A stretch of DNA of 64,000 bases from a virus. The position numbers and the translations under genes are program-made. The DNA lies in the IMG/VR virus record IMGVR_UViG_3300049484_000260, positions 2,806 through 66,805 of that record; one strand, given 5' to 3'. The stretch's first letter is position 1. Each line of letters opens with the position of its first letter. Below, piece by piece: positions 42,283 through 51,279 of the stretch. Under the pieces are notes generated by a model. That model saw only the letters and a program-made list of their open reading frames with translations, did no database searches and was not told the DNA's origin.

Positions 42283-43119
42283 TCAGTTCGCTGCGGGCGC
42301 GGTGAGGACGAGGCCATTTGCAACGGCTGCATGGTTTCTGCATAAGCCCAAATCCCAAAGAGGAATTGGGTGATGCTCCTCTACACTGCATACCTGGTCA
42401 GAGAAGAGGACTGAGGGGCAAGGGAGGGAGCCAGAAAGAGGATGAGGATTAGTGATCCGCCCACAGCATCTCACCGCCTCAACAGGGTTGTAGAGGGAAG
42501 GGGAATTGTAGTAGCTCATGAGGGACTTGTTGAGCACAGATTCCTCAGAGAGGGGGAAGATGATGAGGAAAGTAGATTTCTCCTCTATGGATGCTTCCGC
42601 ATAGCATCCCATCATGTTTACCACATTTATGAGCTGACGGGCATAGACTGGGTAACGAGTTTGCAGAGAGAGGTGGCCGTCTTTTGCGAAGATGAGCTTG
42701 GCTACGGCCTTGACCTGCTGTTCGTAGGTGAAGCAAACGGGGTTGGTGACAGTGGGGTAAAGGATGGTTTCGACTTTAGCTGCTGGGTCGTCCTCGGTGG
42801 AGATGAGAGGAGCGGGGTTGGTGGCTGCGCCTACCAGGTGAGCGTTCTTGGTAATCTCGGAAAGACGAGTTGGAGATATCTGCCCTGTCTTTTTGTCTAT
42901 GGTGAGGACGGTCTGGTTCGGAGAGCCGGTCAGGTGCTTTCCAGAGCTGGTGGTGATTTCAATGGCCGGGTGGGTTCCGGTGTAGATGGCGTTGACATTC
43001 CAAGCGTGGGCGTGCTTGGTCTGCTGAGAGAGGTGGCAGTCATCGAGGGTGCGGATGCCTTCGGGGGTGTAGGTCAGCGTGTTCCAAGCGAGGCCGGGAG
43101 GGGTGTGACTGGTCTTCAT
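42283..43119 (-). CDS. Free-standing intein-like protein 1 (subtype B)
   Basis: GLAWNTLTYTPEG (Cys1 lost), ITTSSGKHLTGS, KDGHLSL...MMGC, IPLWDL...ANGLVLTAPAAN. Confidence 0.85.
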   Translation of the reverse strand: MKTSHTPPGLAWNTLTYTPEGIRTLDDCHLSQQTKHAHAWNVNAIYTGTHPAIEITTSSGKHLTGSPNQTVLTIDKKTGQISPTRLSEITKNAHLVGAATNPAPLISTEDDPAAKVETILYPTVTNPVCFTYEQQVKAVAKLIFAKDGHLSLQTRYPVYARQLINVVNMMGCYAEASIEEKSTFLIIFPLSEESVLNKSLMSYYNSPSLYNPVEAVRCCGRITNPHPLSGSLPCPSVLFSDQVCSVEEHHPIPLWDLGLCRNHAAVANGLVLTAPAAN

Positions 43120-43175
43120 GATTTTTATACTCCGGTTTTGATGATGGTGGAAATGGCCGAAAAAATGAAGTCGCT

Positions 43176-44096
43176 TCAGTTCGCTGCGGGCGCGACGAAG
43201 CCGCGCTGAATGTAACCGTTGCCGATAAAGGCTTGTGTCCTTGGGACGCTCATGCTGTAGAGAGGAATCGTGTCAGCCAGCTCAACAGAAACCACCTGGT
43301 CTGCATAGAGGTGACTTCGCTTGAACTGTCGCAAGGACAGAGGTGGGTCGCAGGAGCGGAAGTACTCCGAAATCTTCTGAGCTGCCCCTCTACAGTTCCT
43401 GGCAAGGGGGAGGACATAGGAACAGAGGGATGGGCCAACGAGCTGGGAGAGGATTGAGTCCTTTACCAGAGGAACCAGACTTATGAGGAATCTCTCTCTT
43501 CCGCAATAGAGGGAGGGAGGAACCCTCTTAATACTGCTGTAACACCCCATCAACGCTGCTACCGCAGCAACCGCCTGAGCATAGAGGAGGGAGGGGAGTC
43601 TAAGAGAGAGGCTTCCTTCCATGACCAGAAAAGCTACATAGCCCATCTGCTTCGCATAGGAGCCTGAGAGAAATTCGTCATAGCTCATGTGTGCAGGGTA
43701 GGGGAGGTGGTTGAACTCGTAGGGGGAGGGAGGGGTTTCTGTGATAGGGGTATTCGCTACTACCCCTATCAGGTGGTGGTTCAGGGTGATCTGAGCGAGA
43801 GGGATGTACTCAATCCTTTTCGTTTCTGGATTGAGGGTGAGGACTGGGTGGTTGTAGGAGCCTATGAGGACTTTCCCGGAGCTGGTCTTGATCTGGGTGG
43901 TAGGCTTTACGCCGGAGTAGGAGAGGTAGGAGACAGGGTGGGTGGTTTTTCCAAAATGGAGAGCGGTCTGCTCTGGTGGGGTATATTTGATACCCTCTGC
44001 TTTGAGAGTAGGGAAGAGGGAGCGGATTTGACGGATGCCTTTGCTGGTCTGGATAAGCGTGGTGTCAGATACGGCAGGTGTGCGGGCAGGCTTCAT
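43176..44096 (-). CDS. Free-standing intein-like protein 2 (subtype A, closest to the dnaX intein)
   Basis: GIRQIRSLFP, LHFGKTT, KQMGYVAFLV, AAVAALMGCYS, AQKISEY identical to the intein; Cys1->Ala, terminal HN lost. Confidence 0.9.
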   Translation of the reverse strand: MKPARTPAVSDTTLIQTSKGIRQIRSLFPTLKAEGIKYTPPEQTALHFGKTTHPVSYLSYSGVKPTTQIKTSSGKVLIGSYNHPVLTLNPETKRIEYIPLAQITLNHHLIGVVANTPITETPPSPYEFNHLPYPAHMSYDEFLSGSYAKQMGYVAFLVMEGSLSLRLPSLLYAQAVAAVAALMGCYSSIKRVPPSLYCGRERFLISLVPLVKDSILSQLVGPSLCSYVLPLARNCRGAAQKISEYFRSCDPPLSLRQFKRSHLYADQVVSVELADTIPLYSMSVPRTQAFIGNGYIQRGFVAPAAN

Positions 44097-44153
44097 GATT
44101 TTTATACTCCGGTTTTGATGATGGTGGAAATGGCCGAAAAAAATGAAGTCGCT

Positions 44154-45047
44154 TCAGTTCGCTGCTGGCGCGGTGGAACCGCGCTGAATGTAGCCATCGC
44201 CGATGAAAGCATGAATGGGCGGAACGTGCGTGACATAGAGGGGGATTCGCACATCCGCATCGGCAGATGTTACCTGGTCTGAATAGAGAGTCCCCCCTCC
44301 TTCCTCAGCCAGCTTTATGGTCTCTGAGGCCTCATCGCTACGGGGGTACTCCATGCTGTACATGATGTCCCCTCTGCATCCATCTGCAATGCACTGGTCA
44401 TAGGAGCAGTGGTCAGGATCAACAAGCTGAGAGAGGATTGAGGAATCAGATAGAGGGGTGAGGTTTACGAAGAACTTGGTGGGTGAACCCCCGGATGTAG
44501 GGAGGTAGGTGATTTGGCTGTAGCACCCCATCAACGCTGCTACCGCAGCGAGAGCCTGGGCATAGAGGTGGGAGGGGAGTCTAAGGGAGAGGCACTTTGC
44601 TTGCTGAACCCGGAAAGCTACGTAGTCCATCTGATCTGGGAGGGGGAGAGCAAGGAAATCCATGTAGGGGATAAAGGTGGGGATGTGGATGGGTTTAGAG
44701 GTGGGGTTATTGTTTGTCACTACTCCGATCAGGTGGTGGTACCGGGTGATTTTGGCAAGGGGGACGTACTCGACCTTCTGGGCTATGGTGTCAAGGACGA
44801 GGATTTGGTGTCTATAGCTACCGATTAGACACTTTCCTGCGGAGGTATTTATTTTGATGGTCGGCTTAATCCCAGTGTAGGTGAGGGTGGCCGGATGAAG
44901 GCTCTTGCCGAAATGTAGGCTGTCTTTGTTGGACACAATCGTAAAGTCATCGTCTCTTCCGGTGGAGACCGGGAAAATGGCGCGGATTCCATCGGAGGTC
45001 TGGATATGAGTGCCGCCTGCGATGCCGGGTGTGGATGAGAGAATCAT
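44154..45047 (-). CDS. Free-standing intein-like protein 3 (subtype A)
   Basis: Start MILSSTPG at 45047 behind the repeat RBS; AAVAALMGCYS, SILSQLVDP, HAFIGDGYIQRGSTAPAAN. Confidence 0.88.
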   Translation of the reverse strand: MILSSTPGIAGGTHIQTSDGIRAIFPVSTGRDDDFTIVSNKDSLHFGKSLHPATLTYTGIKPTIKINTSAGKCLIGSYRHQILVLDTIAQKVEYVPLAKITRYHHLIGVVTNNNPTSKPIHIPTFIPYMDFLALPLPDQMDYVAFRVQQAKCLSLRLPSHLYAQALAAVAALMGCYSQITYLPTSGGSPTKFFVNLTPLSDSSILSQLVDPDHCSYDQCIADGCRGDIMYSMEYPRSDEASETIKLAEEGGGTLYSDQVTSADADVRIPLYVTHVPPIHAFIGDGYIQRGSTAPAAN

Positions 45048-45102
45048 GATTTCTATACTCCGGTTTTTCTGATGGTGGAAATGGATGAAAAATGAAGTCG
45101 CT

Positions 45103-45921
45103 TCAGTTCGCTGCGCCAGTGACGATAAAGCCGTTGGCAAGAGCTGGCTGTGTGCTACATAAGCGCAAATCCCATAAGGGGAGCGAACCCTGATTTGCAA
45201 TACTGACCACCTGCTCTGCATATAAAACTGAGGGGGTAGAAAGAAACTGATCAAGATCAGACTTCATCCCAGAAGGGAGGCTTGTAGAATTCGCCATCAG
45301 TCCTCGACATCTCAAGGCTTCCTCCTGATTATAGAAGGAGGATGAGCCGTGATATATCATGAGGAACCTGTTGAGGGGGGCATCCTCAGAGAGGGGGGTA
45401 ATTATGATGTTCGTCTCTGTACAAATGAACGCATGACACCCCATCATACTCACCATCGAGGCAAACTGGGGAGTGCGGTGAGGGGATGTGAGCTTCAGAG
45501 AGAGACGACCCCCTATTAACGTAAGGAGATTTGTGATTGCAGCGACCTGCTTCTCATAGGAGAGGAGGGTGATTCTTGAGTTTTCCGTAGGACTAAGCTC
45601 TGCCTCTTCACGTTCGGGTAGGACGGTGTAGGTGCTAACGGCTGCGCCGATCAAGTGGTGGTTCTTGGTGACTTGGGATATAGGGATTGGAAGTATGTCC
45701 CTTGTCGTTTTGTGGATAGTCAGGATTCTGTGCTCGCGGGAGCCAGTCAGGGATTTCCCAGAGGCGGTGGTAATCTTGACGGCAGCCTGTACTGCGGCAC
45801 GGCCGGGCATCGGGGTGGGATAGGGGGTGATGTTACGATCATTGATGCGACGAACACCACAGGCGGTCTGGATGAGGGTACCGCCAGCGAGGCCGGGAGA
45901 GGTCATATTGATGAGCTTCAT
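45103..45921 (-). CDS. Free-standing intein-like protein 4 (subtype B)
   Basis: GLAGGTLIQT, ITTASGKSLTGSREH, MMGCH, LPLWDL...ANGFIVTGAAN. Confidence 0.85.
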   Translation of the reverse strand: MKLINMTSPGLAGGTLIQTACGVRRINDRNITPYPTPMPGRAAVQAAVKITTASGKSLTGSREHRILTIHKTTRDILPIPISQVTKNHHLIGAAVSTYTVLPEREEAELSPTENSRITLLSYEKQVAAITNLLTLIGGRLSLKLTSPHRTPQFASMVSMMGCHAFICTETNIIITPLSEDAPLNRFLMIYHGSSSFYNQEEALRCRGLMANSTSLPSGMKSDLDQFLSTPSVLYAEQVVSIANQGSLPLWDLRLCSTQPALANGFIVTGAAN

Positions 45922-45974
45922 GGCTTTATAGTCCTGTATATGGTGGTATAAATGATCAAAAAGATGAAGTTGGT

Positions 45975-46937
45975 TCAGTTCGCTACCGAGCGGGGTGCAC
46001 TGCGATAGATGTAACCATCTCCAACAAAAGAATGATACCGTGGAACGTACAAACTGTAAAGAGGAATCTTGTTGTAAATCTCTATAAATCCTTTTTGGTC
46101 TGTGTGTGTATGTTCAGAGTATTCAGTACACATACTACACACGCGATCCGCGAACAGTACCCCGTTAAACTCTCTAACTCTTTGTATAACCTCCTTTATC
46201 TCGTCACTAATGGCATACTCAGCGATGTAATTAGCTTCACCCTTATAGTCCCTTGCAGTCGTCCGGCTATACGTACAAAGATTACATCCTACAAGTTGCG
46301 AAAGGAGCGAGTTTTCCATCATAGGGATAAGGTTGACGTGGTAGCATGTTCTGGCTCCAATAGGCCATACTACTTCGTCAATAGAGCTGTAGCAGCCCAT
46401 CATACTCGCAGTAGCTGCAAGAGACCGAGCATACAAAGGTGAGGTAGCTCGGATAGTGTGAGACTTCTCTTTCAAAACCAGAGAGGATACGCGATCAGCT
46501 TGCTCGGCATAGTGTAAGGTGAGGAATTCCTCACAAGGGATATCCCTGCCTGGAGAGAATGGAGTGGGTGTGACCACATTTTGATTCGTTACCATCCCAA
46601 CCAGATAGTGCCCCAGTGTCACTTGAGCAAGGGGAGTATATTCCATTTTGTTTGAGATGGGATGAAGGGTCATGGCCCGATGGTCGAGGGAGCCTTCGAT
46701 AGTCTTCCCTGCTACCGTAGTGATTCTGACAGTTGGTCTATGCCCTATGTACTGAAGGATTGCAGAGGGGGTGGGGGTTATCCCAAAACTTATATGGTTC
46801 AATTTCTGCCGGATGTTGATACCGTGATCCTTTCTTTGTATCGGAAAGGTATTGTATATTGGGCGGATTCCTTGGTTGGTCTGAACAAGGGTGTCACCAG
46901 CGACACCTACACTTGGTACCAGTCTAAGATGACGCAT
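45975..46937 (-). CDS. Free-standing intein-like protein 5 (subtype A)
   Basis: GVAGDTLVQTNQG, ITTVAGKTIEGSLDH, MMGCYS, LLSQLV, IPLYSL...FVGDGYI...VAN. Confidence 0.85.
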   Translation of the reverse strand: MRHLRLVPSVGVAGDTLVQTNQGIRPIYNTFPIQRKDHGINIRQKLNHISFGITPTPSAILQYIGHRPTVRITTVAGKTIEGSLDHRAMTLHPISNKMEYTPLAQVTLGHYLVGMVTNQNVVTPTPFSPGRDIPCEEFLTLHYAEQADRVSSLVLKEKSHTIRATSPLYARSLAATASMMGCYSSIDEVVWPIGARTCYHVNLIPMMENSLLSQLVGCNLCTYSRTTARDYKGEANYIAEYAISDEIKEVIQRVREFNGVLFADRVCSMCTEYSEHTHTDQKGFIEIYNKIPLYSLYVPRYHSFVGDGYIYRSAPRSVAN

Positions 46938-46963
46938 AATCTTTGATCTCCTGTTTTATGTGT

Positions 46964-47990
46964 TCAAATATGTACACAAGAATTTGATTCTGGGTACCTT
47001 GCTACGCCACCTACGATGTACCCGTCAGCCCAGTCATTATGACGAATAGTGGGGCATATCTCGTAAAGACGAATAGAGGTGTCTATTCTCTCGGCCCTTG
47101 TCACTTGATCAGAGTAAAGAAGAGAGGGGTCAGGGGCCATTAAATCTAAAAGACACTCCGTGTATCCATCCATAGATGATTGGGGCTTAGTCATCAGTCC
47201 GCGACAAGCTGAAGCGTATATTGGGTTGTAGTAAGATTGTGGAGAATTAAATGAGGAACAGAGCCTCATCAAAAGTTGGTTTAGAATAGATGACTCGGAG
47301 AGAGGGTTTATGTGTACAAAAGTGTACGACTGCTCTTCGTCATCCAGGTTTATATATCTTGATACTGAAGTATGACACCCCATTAAACTCGCTGACGCAG
47401 CAAGGGATAGGGCGTAGTTATGGGAACTTTCCTTTATCGTAAGGAATCCTCCTGCGGATGAAAGGAGAGACCTAATGGCGATAATCTGTATCTGCTCCTC
47501 ATACGTGAGAGAGAGGAAGCGTGATATATCGCAGTTATCTGGATGTACCGGACGTATCATTACATCGAGGTCTAAGTTGCACGCATTCATAGCTATCCCT
47601 ACCAGATGATGATGATATGTAGTAACCTCCTCTAAAGATATAAAGGATATAACCTCGGTTCTTGTGTCTATAGTGAGAACCGGATGCTCTGGAGAGCCGA
47701 TTATAGTTTTCCCCGCATTTGTTTTGATCATCAATGCCTGTCCACAACCGCTACGGAATGTGTGCACACCTGTTCCGGGCATGTTGGGATACATTATAAG
47801 TAATGGAGTCCCACTGTACGGGAAAAGACTATGTAGTTGTCTGATCGGGGTTGTCCTTTTTTTCACGGAAAAATTCCTGGCGGCCGGAACATCTGAATAC
47901 AGATATCGCAGAAGGATCAATAGCTGAAAGGTTAAAGACATTGGTAAGAGCGGAAAGACCTACAAATGGGACGGTTCGGTTGTTATCCAT
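46964..47990 (-). pseudogene. Free-standing intein-like protein 6 (subtype B) with frameshifted N-terminus
   Basis: ATG 47990 gives MDNNRTVPFVGLSALTNV (block A-like) but stops; the body (IRQLHSLFP, GKTIIGSPEHPVL, LMGCH, ADGYIV) is in the +1 frame. Confidence 0.65.
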
Positions 47991-48029
47991 GATACTCACG
48001 ATAAACTTTAGTTGATGGTGATAATGTTG

Positions 48030-48464
48030 TTATGAGAGTATAGACAAATCAGGAGGCTTACCTGACTGTAGTGAGGTAATACTTTGCAGTATAATTGCTT
48101 GCCACACCACATCGCCAAGTGCGCGACGAATCGCGAGGCTTGCTTCATATAGCACCATAGCGGCATCTCTCCGTCCAATGTAATGCAGATCATATCCTGC
48201 CGCATACAGGTAGTTTGCTCGCTCCAACATATTCTCTTCTGGCAATACGGAAGCAGCCTTCTGCCAAAAAGATGATGATATGTCGTAACGCATCTTCACT
48301 CTATTCAGTCGGGCTATATCAGCGTACCCAGTTGAAGCTGCGAGCTGGTGGTATGTGATTTCACTCAATGCGCGTTTAGTCTCATCTTCAGTATATTCAT
48401 TCTCATGGTGCACTGAAGGGCGATGAAATCTAATTCCGTGAGGCGGTTCCATAGCAATACACAC
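48030..48464 (-). CDS. Short TPR-fragment protein
   Basis: AAMVLYEASLAIRRALGD is a TPR repeat; GGAGGA RBS before the GTG start. Confidence 0.6.
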   Translation of the reverse strand: MCIAMEPPHGIRFHRPSVHHENEYTEDETKRALSEITYHQLAASTGYADIARLNRVKMRYDISSSFWQKAASVLPEENMLERANYLYAAGYDLHYIGRRDAAMVLYEASLAIRRALGDVVWQAIILQSITSLQSGKPPDLSILS

Positions 48465-48489
48465 TCCTCCATTAGCTATAATGGAAATA

Positions 48490-49053
48490 TTAAATAGTGG
48501 CTATGTTCTTAGTTAATTCTCTCCAAGTTCCACCCAAGATATTGTCGATAGTAGCGAGACTGTAGTCACGGCTTAGGATGAACCGGGAAGCCGCCTCCCC
48601 CTTGAATATATACACCAGAAACAACCACAATATTCCCCCTAACGTGACGTTAAGACTAACGGCAGTACCGCTCGCATCAAACGCAATATAAAACATTGAT
48701 GTCTTACGTAGTAGTTCAGAAAGGATGTAACTCTCCCTCAACAGGGTTATCATTTTAGATGTCTCATCCTTCTCTTTGGCGATAAATGATCTCTCTGCCT
48801 CAAAAAGTCTGGTTCTTGCCTTCTGAAGGTTGGCTGCTATACGTATAAGAGATGGATCATTGCAGCTAAGACATTCCTTCCCTCTTGCATATTTACGAAT
48901 TGCAGAATTAAGAATCGATCTGTGCCGGGAGATGTCGGCCATATCCTGTCGATACTCCTGGCGAGCGAGTACTTCTTCTAATCTGCGCACTGATTTTGTG
49001 ATCTCATTCATAGTATCTAATGAAATCATCCTCTTGGTGATGTATTCTATCAT
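48490..49053 (-). CDS. Hypothetical helical protein with a hydrophobic segment
   Basis: Likely start MIEYITK at 49053; LGGILWLFLVYIF. Confidence 0.5.
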   Translation of the reverse strand: MIEYITKRMISLDTMNEITKSVRRLEEVLARQEYRQDMADISRHRSILNSAIRKYARGKECLSCNDPSLIRIAANLQKARTRLFEAERSFIAKEKDETSKMITLLRESYILSELLRKTSMFYIAFDASGTAVSLNVTLGGILWLFLVYIFKGEAASRFILSRDYSLATIDNILGGTWRELTKNIATI

Positions 49054-49063
49054 AGTATATCCG

Positions 49064-50149
49064 CTATAGTTGTGAATTATATACAATCATTCCATTAGCA
49101 GTAAATGCAGGGACATCTCCTACGTTAATCCCATACAAGGGTAGTTTTTCCAGCCACTCCACTTTAGTTACTTTGTCGGTGAACCCTGCAACCCCTCCAC
49201 CCAAATTATTATCCTTCCCTGTAAACGCTCTTAAGGTTATTCTCTTTACGTCACGATCCTCGCTACAGAGGTTTAAGAGGTACTGCTCGTTCGTTACATC
49301 TCTCGGAAAGTACATAGCACAATCATCAGCCCTGGCTGAGTTAAAGAAGGTCGGCTCCGATGAGCTACGCGGGAGGCTTGAAAGATAGTCGATATCTCCT
49401 TGCTCTTTGTGTAATTCGAGGATAAGTTTGTTAAAGGACGACTCGTGGTATGTCGGGATTATAGTAACACGATATGATGATATCGTTCTTCTGATTACTG
49501 AGAAACACCCGAACATACCGACTACAGTTGATATAGCTAAAGCATAACGGTAAGAGGGGGCGTTTACTACAGGGGGAGTAGGTTTACTTGATATCCTATA
49601 GCTGGGTATGCGATTAACAATCATTCCAGCTATTGTTAAAATCTGCTCTCTAAGGTTAAGTATGATGAATTTTTCATAGGTGACTCCTTTCTGAATACTC
49701 CTTATATACGCAATATCGTCAGAGCGGAGATATGCGTTAAATAGAGTGCTATTGCTGATAGCCCCAATTATGAAATGCTTAGTAGATACATCCGACATCG
49801 GAACGAATTGCATTATATTGTGCTTCTTACCAAAGCACATAACCAAAACGGGGAGGGATGGGGAGCCGTGTATAATCTTTCCTGAGATGGTAGTGACTTT
49901 GTAAGTAAGGTCTAATCCTGTGTACATGAGACGACTAATTTCAGAGACCGTAGCCCCAATAGGTAATGAGATACGATCCCCTTCAGTAAGGGTGCGTCCT
50001 GTGTTTGGACTTAGTTCTGGAGATGCCATAAAATCAGGAGTACCTGCCCTCTTTCCGAAGAAAGTTTGGAGTTCTCTAACCCCATCCGTAGTCTGGATAA
50101 GGGTCTGCCCAGTTATTCCTGTGGCTGGTAGGAGATTCACAAATGCCAT
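49064..50149 (-). CDS. Free-standing intein-like protein 7
   Basis: GITGQTLIQTTDG, VTTISGKIIHGS, GMFGCFS, LPLYGINV...FTANGMIVYN-S. Confidence 0.85.
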   Translation of the reverse strand: MAFVNLLPATGITGQTLIQTTDGVRELQTFFGKRAGTPDFMASPELSPNTGRTLTEGDRISLPIGATVSEISRLMYTGLDLTYKVTTISGKIIHGSPSLPVLVMCFGKKHNIMQFVPMSDVSTKHFIIGAISNSTLFNAYLRSDDIAYIRSIQKGVTYEKFIILNLREQILTIAGMIVNRIPSYRISSKPTPPVVNAPSYRYALAISTVVGMFGCFSVIRRTISSYRVTIIPTYHESSFNKLILELHKEQGDIDYLSSLPRSSSEPTFFNSARADDCAMYFPRDVTNEQYLLNLCSEDRDVKRITLRAFTGKDNNLGGGVAGFTDKVTKVEWLEKLPLYGINVGDVPAFTANGMIVYNSQL

Positions 50150-50210
50150 TTACTTACCTCGGTATATGTAGTATTTAGCTGTTACTTCGTAGGGACTCTG
50201 TATTGCTACT

Positions 50211-50239
50211 AACATAGCATATATCTTAGTTAATTACAA
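50211..50239 (-). promoter_or_regulatory. Sigma70-type promoter upstream of intein-like protein 7
   Basis: TTGTAA-17 bp-TATGTT with TG extended -10, in an AT-rich intergenic gap. Confidence 0.5.
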
Positions 50240-50286
50240 GTATATTCGTAACAGCTTAAGCGTGTTTATCGTGACGGGTAAACACC

Positions 50287-51222
50287 CTACACAGGCGAAG
50301 GAGGGAGGATATATCCTTCAGCCACAACAGCCTCTGTTCCCTCCGCTGTGAATGCGGTTAGGTCTTTGACTTCATCTCTTACCTCTATAACCCTACTGAA
50401 ACATAAGGTACAGCTCTCAAACGTAAACTTAGAGATGATGTTTGCCACATCTTCCCTCACCTTCCTACATCCTAACATGATGGATGAGGGTGTCTTGCGC
50501 AAAGGGAGAAGTTGATATGAATGCGCTGAATGTGAGAATACGTTAAAGGATTTGCATCTCGATCCACCCTGTCGTGTAGGGAGAAAGCTAACTACAGTTT
50601 GTGACGGGTTCCAGAGAGGGGCGATACTAACCCTTAATTGCGCACCATCATCTATTACTTCTACGTCTATGCTCGTAAAACATCTGACAGCGCGGGTGAC
50701 AGCAGAGACTGCTCTCGCGTATCTGTATGACGGTAGTTTAAGGTCGATTACATCAGAGGAAGTGTCTTCACAGTCTATAGAGGAGTCTATCATGTTCTTC
50801 ACATGATCGATCTGATGTCTTAGGTCTGCCGCAGTTAATTCTTTATAGCTAATTGGTATAAAACATCCACCTGAAACCGAATGATCGGGAGGGAATGATG
50901 AAAATGATGAAGAAACTTGGATCAAGCTATGCTGCCACCCTATACATGACATAGGGATTATTTCTATACTCCCTGTAATGTCGTTAGACACGACAATGCG
51001 CTGCGACGGAGACCCTGTTATACCTCCACCAGATGAGGTCAATACGGTAATAGCTGGCTTGTTTCCAATGCGACGATATGCCCATATATCGTGTATATTC
51101 ATCCCACAGACAATATCTGGAGACGGACATGTGACTACATCACCTATTTCCCTAACTCCTTCAGAACTCTGTACGAGAGTAGATGGTGTTACTCCATGAA
51201 TTACGCACACAGCATTGTGCAT
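50287..51222 (-). CDS. Free-standing intein-like protein 8 (divergent)
   Basis: GVTPSTLVQSSEGVREI, VLTSSGGGITGS, LPSYRYARAVSAV, VVAEGYIL. Confidence 0.75.
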   Translation of the reverse strand: MHNAVCVIHGVTPSTLVQSSEGVREIGDVVTCPSPDIVCGMNIHDIWAYRRIGNKPAITVLTSSGGGITGSPSQRIVVSNDITGSIEIIPMSCIGWQHSLIQVSSSFSSFPPDHSVSGGCFIPISYKELTAADLRHQIDHVKNMIDSSIDCEDTSSDVIDLKLPSYRYARAVSAVTRAVRCFTSIDVEVIDDGAQLRVSIAPLWNPSQTVVSFLPTRQGGSRCKSFNVFSHSAHSYQLLPLRKTPSSIMLGCRKVREDVANIISKFTFESCTLCFSRVIEVRDEVKDLTAFTAEGTEAVVAEGYILPPSPV

Positions 51223-51279
51223 ATTACACCCCAGTAGTTGTCATTGTAAAGATAAACTTCTTAGCAACAGTAGTAAATC

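Larger units (their letters stand above)
42222..45984 (-). repeat. Five dispersed ~65-80 bp cassette-junction repeats (AN-stop, hairpin + U tract, RBS, ATG)
   Basis: Copies at ~42222-42302, 43117-43194, 44094-44173, 45045-45113, 45919-45984 (last diverged); minus consensus GCAGCGAACTGAAGCGACTTCATTTTTTCGGCCATTTCCACCATCATCAAAACCGGAGTATAAAAATCATG. Confidence 0.92.

Noticed and set aside
45048-45254. N-terminal 69 aa of the 366 aa ORF call 44154..45254
   Set aside because: Overlaps copy 4; the repeat RBS places the true start at 45047
42222-45984. Junction repeats as integron attC sites or CRISPR repeats
   Set aside because: No RYYYAAC/GTTRRRY pair or long imperfect palindrome; spacing is whole genes; no integrase or cas gene seen
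47856-47863. dnaX-type A AAA AAG -1 frameshift rescuing copy 6
   Set aside because: The -1 frame hits a stop within about 20 codons; only +1 restores the gene
41175-47990. Diversity-generating retroelement explanation for the paralogues
   Set aside because: No reverse transcriptase in the window, and differences are at all bases and mostly third positions rather than adenine-specific
49064-49086. IIHN in the overlapping frame as an alternative intein end fused to 48490..49086
   Set aside because: The zero frame already gives a correctly spaced block G, the residue after HN is Tyr, and no slippery site is seen
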